DNA of 64,000 nucleotides from Actinomycetota bacterium (GTDB lineage Bacteria; Actinomycetota; Actinomycetes; JAKEEW01): NCBI GenBank assembly GCA_046735375.1, contig JBKPTD010000007.1, positions 2,545 to 66,544 of the forward strand, read 5' to 3'. Shown piece by piece: positions 57,790 to 64,000 of this stretch (position 1 is its first letter; each line of letters starts with the position of its first letter). The notes under the pieces were generated by a model. It saw only the letters and a program-made list of their open reading frames with translations, ran no database searches and was not told where the DNA came from. The position numbers and the translations under genes were made by a program.

Positions 57790-59241
57790 ATGAATGGAGC
57801 TCGATCGGCCGCTGTTTTGGTGGCATCCAACCGCGGACCGGTCTCGTTCGCCTTTCAGGATGATGGCTCGCTCATCGCCCGTCGGGGCGGCGGTGGCCTC
57901 GTCTCCGGACTGTCCGCCGTCGGCGCATCGACGGATGTCGTCTGGGTGTGCGCGGCGCTATCCACAGCGGACCGAGTTGCTGCTCGACGGGCCCCCGGCG
58001 GCCGATTGGACCGGTCGGGCTATGACACGGGCGGGTCGGCGGTCCGCATGCTCGACATCGACCCTGGCACGTTCCACCGCGCCTACAACGACATCGCGAA
58101 CTCGACGCTGTGGTTCATCCACCACCTGCTGTACGACACCGCGACCAAGCCCACCTTCAACGGGAGCTTCCTCCGCGAGTGGCGGTCCTACCTCGCATAC
58201 AACGGCGCATTCGCCGACGCACTAGCGCTTGAGGCCGCCGATGGAGCGAAGGTCGTCGTGCAGGACTATCACCTGACTATGACGCCGCGGCTGCTGCGGG
58301 AGCGCCGGCCGGACCTGCGAATCGGGCACTTCTCACACACCCCATGGGCGCCGCCGGACTACTTCCGCATCCTCCCTGACAACATCGGCCGTGATCTCCT
58401 CCTCGGCATCCTCGGCGCCGATCACGCGGGCTTCCTGACAGCACGATGGGCCAGCGCCTTCGCCGACTGCTGCGAGGTCATCCTCGGCGCGAAGGTCGAC
58501 CGCGAAGCCATGACCGTGTCCTACGACGGCAGGTTGACGCACCTAGGGGTCCACGGCTTAGGTCCTGACGCCGACTCCCTTAGGGAACGGTCTCGCGAGA
58601 CCGATGTCGAAGCTCGGCGAGCCGCGCTCCTGGATCTCATCGGTGACTGCCAGATGATCCTGCGGGTCGACCGCACCGAGCTGTCCAAGAACATCGTGCG
58701 TGGCCTGGAGTCTTACCGAGAACTGCTCCGCTCGCATCCTGAGCTGCAAGGCCGCGTCGTCCACGTCGCGTTGGCCTACCCGAGCCGGCACGACCTGCCG
58801 GAGTACCGCGAATACACCGCATCTGTACAGCGCATCGCCAAGCAGATCGAGGACGAGTTCGGTACCGAGGATTGGGAACCCCTCATCCTGTCCGTCGAGG
58901 ACGACTACGCCCGATCACTCGCTGCGTACCGGCTTGCCGACGTCGTCCTCGTCAACCCGGTGCGGGATGGGATGAACCTCGTCGCTAAGGAGGCACCCGT
59001 CCTCTCCGAGGGTGGCGGCTGCGCGCTTGTCCTCTCGCGCGAGGCGGGGGCGTTCTCCGAGCTAGGTGCGGACGCGATCGTGATCAACCCGTACGACATC
59101 GTCGGCACGGCACAAGCACTGCACTCCGCGCTCGTCATGGATCCCGAGGAACGCGCCGCGCGGTGCCGTCGGCTGACAGCGGCCGCGTCCGCCCTACCGC
59201 CGCAGAAGTGGTTTGCCGACCAGCTCGCCGCCCTTGGCTGA
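57790..59241 (+). CDS. otsA: Trehalose-6-phosphate synthase
   Basis: ASNRGP, GGGLVS, QDYHL, HFSHTPW and RDGMNLVAKE motifs. Confidence 0.95.
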   Translation: MNGARSAAVLVASNRGPVSFAFQDDGSLIARRGGGGLVSGLSAVGASTDVVWVCAALSTADRVAARRAPGGRLDRSGYDTGGSAVRMLDIDPGTFHRAYNDIANSTLWFIHHLLYDTATKPTFNGSFLREWRSYLAYNGAFADALALEAADGAKVVVQDYHLTMTPRLLRERRPDLRIGHFSHTPWAPPDYFRILPDNIGRDLLLGILGADHAGFLTARWASAFADCCEVILGAKVDREAMTVSYDGRLTHLGVHGLGPDADSLRERSRETDVEARRAALLDLIGDCQMILRVDRTELSKNIVRGLESYRELLRSHPELQGRVVHVALAYPSRHDLPEYREYTASVQRIAKQIEDEFGTEDWEPLILSVEDDYARSLAAYRLADVVLVNPVRDGMNLVAKEAPVLSEGGGCALVLSREAGAFSELGADAIVINPYDIVGTAQALHSALVMDPEERAARCRRLTAAASALPPQKWFADQLAALG

Positions 59242-59245
59242 ACCA

Positions 59246-59412
59246 CTAGTGGTGGCGCCCGTAAGTCCCGCGGTGTATGGCGGAGTCCGGCCGGATGCAT
59301 CGCAAGGCGGAGGAGGTGGCCGCTAGCGGCGCTAACGGCGACGACGACAACGCGGCGAGGCGCCGGCCGGGCCCGCCAGACGCCGTGTGGCACGTGCGGG
59401 CGCCACCACTAG
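59246..59412. mobile_element. CTAG-flanked MITE-like element, copy C
   Basis: CTAG at both ends; TIR tggtggcgcccg/cgggcgccacca; core shared with copies A and B; right CTAG contains the otsB stop. Confidence 0.85.
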
Positions 59413-60251
59413 CTCAGCGCATCGGCCAGCGCTGTGAGAAATGCCGTGACGCCAGGCGGGCCATCGACCACGATGTCGGCGCGCGCGGCCAACTGTGTCG
59501 TCTCCGCCGAGCCGCTACAGACGAGCAGGCCCGGCATTCCCTCAGCGCGCAGTCGATCGACCGCGTCATAGGCTGCCAGGTCACCCAGGTCGTCCCCGGC
59601 GAAGACGACGCTTCGGGCGTCGTACGCCGCGACAGCGCCGGCGAGTGCGCTTCCTTTGCTGATGCCGGGCGGTCGTAGCTCCAGAACGTATCGTCCCGGC
59701 TCGACATGGAGGCCATGCCGCCTGGCAAGGGCCTCTACCGGGTCGCGCACCGCATCGAGCGCCGCCGCCGGGTCGGCGGTACGGCGAGTGTGAACCGCGA
59801 AGGAGGCCCTCTTGTCCTCGACCCAGGTTCCGTCGTACGCGTCCGCCGCCTGCAGCACGCCGGCGATCTCCTGCAGGGCCGCGGTCACTGCCGGTGCTGC
59901 GTCGGGAGCCGCGATCAGACCCGTCGCCGCATCCCAACGCTCCAGCCCATAGTGCCCGAAAACCACCAGTCGCTCCAGGCCCGGTACATCCGCAAAGCTG
60001 CCGTACTCCACGGCCTGAGCAGCAGGCCGACCGGTGACAATGGCCACTGCCGCCAGCCGCCGGCCCAAGCGAGCGAGCGCGTCAACGGCGCCCGGATACG
60101 GCCGTGCATCGGCGGGATCCTCGACGATTGGCGCGAGCGTGCCGTCGAAGTCCGTTGCCAGCAGCGCTGAGGCAGGGTCCCCCAGGAGCGCGGCGAGACC
60201 CTGCCGCCCAGCCGTGGTACGCGGCTCGGGCAGGGCCTCCGCCTCACTCAT
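59409..60251 (-). CDS. otsB: Trehalose-6-phosphate phosphatase
   Basis: DFDGTLAPI, ELRP, SKG and AGDDLGD motifs. Confidence 0.94.
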   Translation of the reverse strand: MSEAEALPEPRTTAGRQGLAALLGDPASALLATDFDGTLAPIVEDPADARPYPGAVDALARLGRRLAAVAIVTGRPAAQAVEYGSFADVPGLERLVVFGHYGLERWDAATGLIAAPDAAPAVTAALQEIAGVLQAADAYDGTWVEDKRASFAVHTRRTADPAAALDAVRDPVEALARRHGLHVEPGRYVLELRPPGISKGSALAGAVAAYDARSVVFAGDDLGDLAAYDAVDRLRAEGMPGLLVCSGSAETTQLAARADIVVDGPPGVTAFLTALADALS

Positions 60252-60282
60252 CGGACCAATCGAGGTGCCGGCGGCCGTGACC

Positions 60283-61371
60283 TCACGTCGGCCAGTCGGT
60301 GGCAAGGACGACGGTGAGCGTGTCCTTGGCCATAGTGGGGTCGCTCGGCTCGACGGCGGCTATGTCGGGGAACGCTTTCTGCAGGTTCTCCGCTGCCGTC
60401 TTCATGTCCTCAGTCGGGTAGAAGACCGTGGTCTTCTTCACAACGCCCTTCGGATAGTTCCCCGGCGTCTTGGTCTGCCAGTTCTCCGCCTTGATCTGGT
60501 CGCTGACACTCTTCGCCAGCCCCGTCGTGGAGGTCCCGTTCAGCACGATGACGGGCGCCTTCGCAGCCGCATTGCTGCTCGGGTGGCTGCTCGGCTCGGT
60601 CGACTGCTTCGGCTTGGTCGACGTGGTGTTCTGCTGGCTCGCCTGGCTGCCGTCGTCACCGCCGCCATCCTTGCCGACGATGAGCCATATCACGCCAACG
60701 AGTGCGAGCACGGCGAGCACAGCGAACAGCGAGCTCGCGATCACACCGATGACGTCGCGCCGACTCCGCCCTGGCTCCCGGCCACCGCCACCGCCGCCGT
60801 AGACGTCCGACCCTGGAGGACCGCCCTCCGACCGCGGTCGGTATTCGCCGCGGCGGTACGAGCGATACTCCCGCGCCTGCCCGTAGTCCTGCTGGCCCGT
60901 GGCATAGTCCTGCTGGCCGGTTCCGTAGCCCGGCTGTCCGGCCCGGTAGCCCTGCTGCTGAGCGGCGGCGTAGCCGGCTTGGCCGGCGCCGTAGCCCGGC
61001 TGGGTGGCGCCATAACCCTGCTGGGCGTTGGCACCCTGGCCCCGCTGCTGCGTCGGGTAGCTGCCCGCCGCCTGCTGGGCGTTGGCACTCTGGCCCTGCT
61101 GCGTCGGATAGCCGCCCGCCGCCTGCTGGTAGTCCTGGCTGGTTGCGCCGGCGGCGTAGTCGCCGCCGCGACCTGAATAGTCTCGGCCGTAACTGCGCGG
61201 ATAAGCCGCCCCGTCGCCATGGCCGGGGTTGCTGCTTCCGGCCTGGTTCGCCTCGTCACTACCAAGCTCGGCGTACGGGTCGGCGCCTCGTGTTGAGCGG
61301 CGGGGATAAGGGTCCTTGCCCTCATAGTCTCCCCGGCTCGAGTAGTCGCCGTACTGATCCTCTCCCGACAT
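60283..61371 (-). CDS. LytR C-terminal domain membrane protein with Q/G/Y-rich repeats
   Basis: Low-complexity N-terminus, one TM, then VIVLNGT..TGLA...GNY...TTVFY. Confidence 0.8.
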   Translation of the reverse strand: MSGEDQYGDYSSRGDYEGKDPYPRRSTRGADPYAELGSDEANQAGSSNPGHGDGAAYPRSYGRDYSGRGGDYAAGATSQDYQQAAGGYPTQQGQSANAQQAAGSYPTQQRGQGANAQQGYGATQPGYGAGQAGYAAAQQQGYRAGQPGYGTGQQDYATGQQDYGQAREYRSYRRGEYRPRSEGGPPGSDVYGGGGGGREPGRSRRDVIGVIASSLFAVLAVLALVGVIWLIVGKDGGGDDGSQASQQNTTSTKPKQSTEPSSHPSSNAAAKAPVIVLNGTSTTGLAKSVSDQIKAENWQTKTPGNYPKGVVKKTTVFYPTEDMKTAAENLQKAFPDIAAVEPSDPTMAKDTLTVVLATDWPT

Positions 61372-61385
61372 GAACCCCTGCCCGG

Positions 61386-61697
61386 TTAGGCCTCGATACC
61401 GAGGCGGCGAGCGGAACGAGCGCGCTGGCGCGCGGCACGAAGCCGACGCAATCTCTTCACGACCATGGGGTCGTGCGCCAGCGCCTCAGGCCGGTCGATG
61501 AGCGCGTTGAGCACCTGGTAGTAGCGGGTGGCCGAGAGGTCGAACCGCAGGCGGATTGCTTGTTCTTTCGCGCCGGCGAACTTCCACCACTGCCGCTCGA
61601 AGGCGAGAATCGCCTGGTCCCGATCGGACAGCTCGGCGTCACTCGGCGCGGGCGTTAAACCTGGCGCCGGTGCACGCTCGGCGTTGGCCGCGTCCAT
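61386..61697 (-). CDS. DUF3263 protein
   Basis: ILAFERQWWKFAGAKEQAIR and YYQVLNALID motifs. Confidence 0.9.
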   Translation of the reverse strand: MDAANAERAPAPGLTPAPSDAELSDRDQAILAFERQWWKFAGAKEQAIRLRFDLSATRYYQVLNALIDRPEALAHDPMVVKRLRRLRAARQRARSARRLGIEA

Positions 61698-62219
61698 CGG
61701 GCTCCCTCGTGCTCCATTGCTCAACCGCCCGTCGGCCCCGGATCCACGCCATGCTACGAGCTGACACCCCAGGTGTCCTGCCGTCAGTACGGCGTGTCGA
61801 CCCAGACCACGACGAGCATCGTGTCCGGCATCCAGCACCCGGCATTGTGGACGTCGATCGACTCGCGGCCCCCGCGTGTCTTGTGACCCACGCCGCCCGA
61901 TCCGGCACCCGCTGCTGGGCACTGCTGGCTTGGTCGTCGGCTTCCGCCTTTGCCAAGCCATAGGAGGACACCCTACGAGCGCAGCCACAACCGCGCTACA
62001 CGCTCGGCGATGTCACCCCCGTTGAACCACGCAGCGTAGCGGGCTCGCTACCAGTCGGCGCAGCAGTTTCCGCTAGCGGAACCCGTGAATGAACTGGCCC
62101 GCCTTCGTGGATGATGACGTGAGCCCCGAATCGCCGTGGCGCCAATGATTTCGGTGGTTTCGGTGGTTTCGGCGGTTTCATTGGATCGGTCGCATTCGTC
62201 CCGGAGCAGGTTGGCAGTC

Positions 62220-63407
62220 ATGATCTTGACCGGTGCCAAGGTGGTCACACTCGACGGGATCCTGGACGATGCATCCATCCGGATCGAGGGCGAACGAATC
62301 ACCGCGGTCGACGGTCCGCGCTCCGAGGCGGAGTCCATACCCGACACGGTCGGCTCAGCGGCCGGTAAGCCCGCAGGACCCCTATCGGGCGAGATTCGCG
62401 TGGACCTCTCGGGCCGCCAGGTCGTTCCGGGCTACGTCGACATCCATGTGCACGGGGGCGGCGGTGCCTCGTACAGTTCAGGAAACGAGGACAAGGCCCG
62501 CACAGTGGCGCAATTCCATCTCGCCCACGGGACAACGACGTCACTCGCGAGCTTGGTCAGCGCCTCGATGGAGGATCTGGTACGCCAGGTAACGGCGCTG
62601 GTTCCGCTCGCCGAAGACGGCACTGTGGCAGGCATCCACCTCGAGGGGCCATACATCAGTCCGGCCAGGCGCGGCGCGCACGACCCGGCCGTCCTGCGGG
62701 ATCCGAGCCTCGACGAGTTCGACCGGCTGCTTGATGCCAGCCACGGGACGATCCGTATGCTCACGCTGGCACCCGAGCTGCCTGGCGCGCTGCCGTTCAT
62801 TGAGAAGGCCACGGCTCGTGGTGTCGTCGCGGCCATCGGCCACACCGACGCGACCTACGCCCAAACCAGGGACGGCATCGCGGCTGGTGCACGTGTGGGC
62901 ACTCACCTGTTCAACGCGATGCGCGGCCTCCACCACCGCGAGCCGGGCCCGATCCCAGCCCTCATCGAAGCGCCACACGTCATCGTCGAATTGATCAACG
63001 ACGGAGTCCACGTACACGAGGCAGTGGCACGCCTTGTCGCAAACGGCGTCGGGCACGACCGCTTGGCGCTGGTCACCGACGCGATGGCGGCCACGGGCAT
63101 AGGAGACGGCACTTACCTGCTGGGGTCGATGACGGTACGCGTCGACAACGGGGTGGCCCGATTGGTCGACGGCGGAGCCATCGCTGGTTCGACCCTCACG
63201 ATGGATGTGGCACTGCGTCGCTTCGTGGACTCCGTGGGAATGCCGCTCGCCACGGCAGCCCGGGCAGCCGCCACCACGCCGATCCGCGCTCTTGGACTCG
63301 AGGCACAAACTGGCGCGCTTGCCCAGGGCCTGCGAGCAGATCTGGTGGTCCTTAACGCCGACCTCACGGTCGCCCGGGTCATGCGGGCCGGCCGATGGGT
63401 GTCTTGA
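62220..63407 (+). CDS. nagA: N-acetylglucosamine-6-phosphate deacetylase
   Basis: DIHVHG, HLEGPY, RRGAH, GHTDAT, THLFNAM, DGVH and AGSTLTM motifs. Confidence 0.95.
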   Translation: MILTGAKVVTLDGILDDASIRIEGERITAVDGPRSEAESIPDTVGSAAGKPAGPLSGEIRVDLSGRQVVPGYVDIHVHGGGGASYSSGNEDKARTVAQFHLAHGTTTSLASLVSASMEDLVRQVTALVPLAEDGTVAGIHLEGPYISPARRGAHDPAVLRDPSLDEFDRLLDASHGTIRMLTLAPELPGALPFIEKATARGVVAAIGHTDATYAQTRDGIAAGARVGTHLFNAMRGLHHREPGPIPALIEAPHVIVELINDGVHVHEAVARLVANGVGHDRLALVTDAMAATGIGDGTYLLGSMTVRVDNGVARLVDGGAIAGSTLTMDVALRRFVDSVGMPLATAARAAATTPIRALGLEAQTGALAQGLRADLVVLNADLTVARVMRAGRWVS

Positions 63408-63437
63408 TCTGGACCGGCGAACTAGTAGACATGGAGG

Positions 63438-64000
63438 GTGATCGGCTTTCTCAGCGACTTCGGTCATTCCGACCCTTATGTCGGCATCTGCCACGGGGTA
63501 ATGGCACGAGTCGCCCCGGACGAGCGGGTTATAGACATCTGCCACGAGGTGCCACGGGGCGACGTTCGGGCCGGAGCCGCGATGCTCGCGCAGGCGGTGC
63601 AGTACCTGCCCGATGGGGTGTATGTCGCGGTCGTGGATCCGGGTGTTGGCACGAGTCGGCGCGGCGTCGCAATCAGCGCCGGTCATTCCATCTTCGTTGG
63701 ACCGGACAATGGGCTGCTCGTCTGGGCGGCGAACGCGCTCGGCGGGCCCGGCGGAGCTTACGAGATCACCAACCACCACCTCATGATCACCCCGGTCTCT
63801 TACACCTTCCACGGCAGGGACGTCTTCTCCCCCGTTGCCGCCCGGCTGGCGACCGGCACCCCGGCGACCGCGGTGGGGCCGCGGATCGCCCCCGAGGAGC
63901 TGGTCAGGCTGCCTGACCCGGTCGTGCAGGTAGATGCGGATGGGCTGCAGGCAGAGGTCATCAGCATCGACGGGTACGGCAACGTCCAGACTGCGGCAAC
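63438..64000 (+). CDS. DUF62 SAM hydroxide adenosyltransferase / chlorinase-fluorinase family (partial)
   Basis: Hand translation: IGFLSDFGHSDPYVGICHG, VVDPGVG, GPDNG, TFHGRDVFSP, IDGYGN; runs off the window end. Confidence 0.88.
   Translation, partial: MIGFLSDFGHSDPYVGICHGVMARVAPDERVIDICHEVPRGDVRAGAAMLAQAVQYLPDGVYVAVVDPGVGTSRRGVAISAGHSIFVGPDNGLLVWAANALGGPGGAYEITNHHLMITPVSYTFHGRDVFSPVAARLATGTPATAVGPRIAPEELVRLPDPVVQVDADGLQAEVISIDGYGNVQTAA

Noticed and set aside
62149-62180. 9-bp tandem repeat (ttcggtggt x3) upstream of nagA; also a 13-bp x3 repeat near 54496-54536
   Set aside because: Short local slippage repeats with no evidence of function.

Overview
High-GC actinobacterial chromosome segment made up mostly of core genes. 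In order: the hemL-phosphatase-resA-ccdA-resB cytochrome c block; a TCA/purine block (icd, LDH-like mdh, citrate synthase, folD, purHN, sucDC); ideR-pdxH-citrate synthase 2-serC; thpR/MFS/MarR; cspB with a HAD-LarE fusion; helD; ogt; groEL2 with tandem CIRCE; cspA; a SAM-I riboswitch-controlled thrC-like gene; otsAB; nagA; and a partial DUF62 SAM hydrolase. I saw no rRNA, tRNA, CRISPR array, transposase or integrase. The unusual content is small palindromic DNA. (1) A solitary AbiEi-wHTH/DUF559 nuclease-like gene is bracketed by two equal-sized 90-bp inverted-repeat cassettes, a candidate nuclease-plus-REP unit. (2) A family of ~165-bp CTAG-bounded MITE-like elements has a conserved core but exchangeable ends, with remnants at stop codons and block junctions. 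(3) A palindrome-rich insert is read in frame inside an oxidoreductase. (4) Further REP-like hairpins and arrays are present. Product calls are from motif recognition only; no searches were run.
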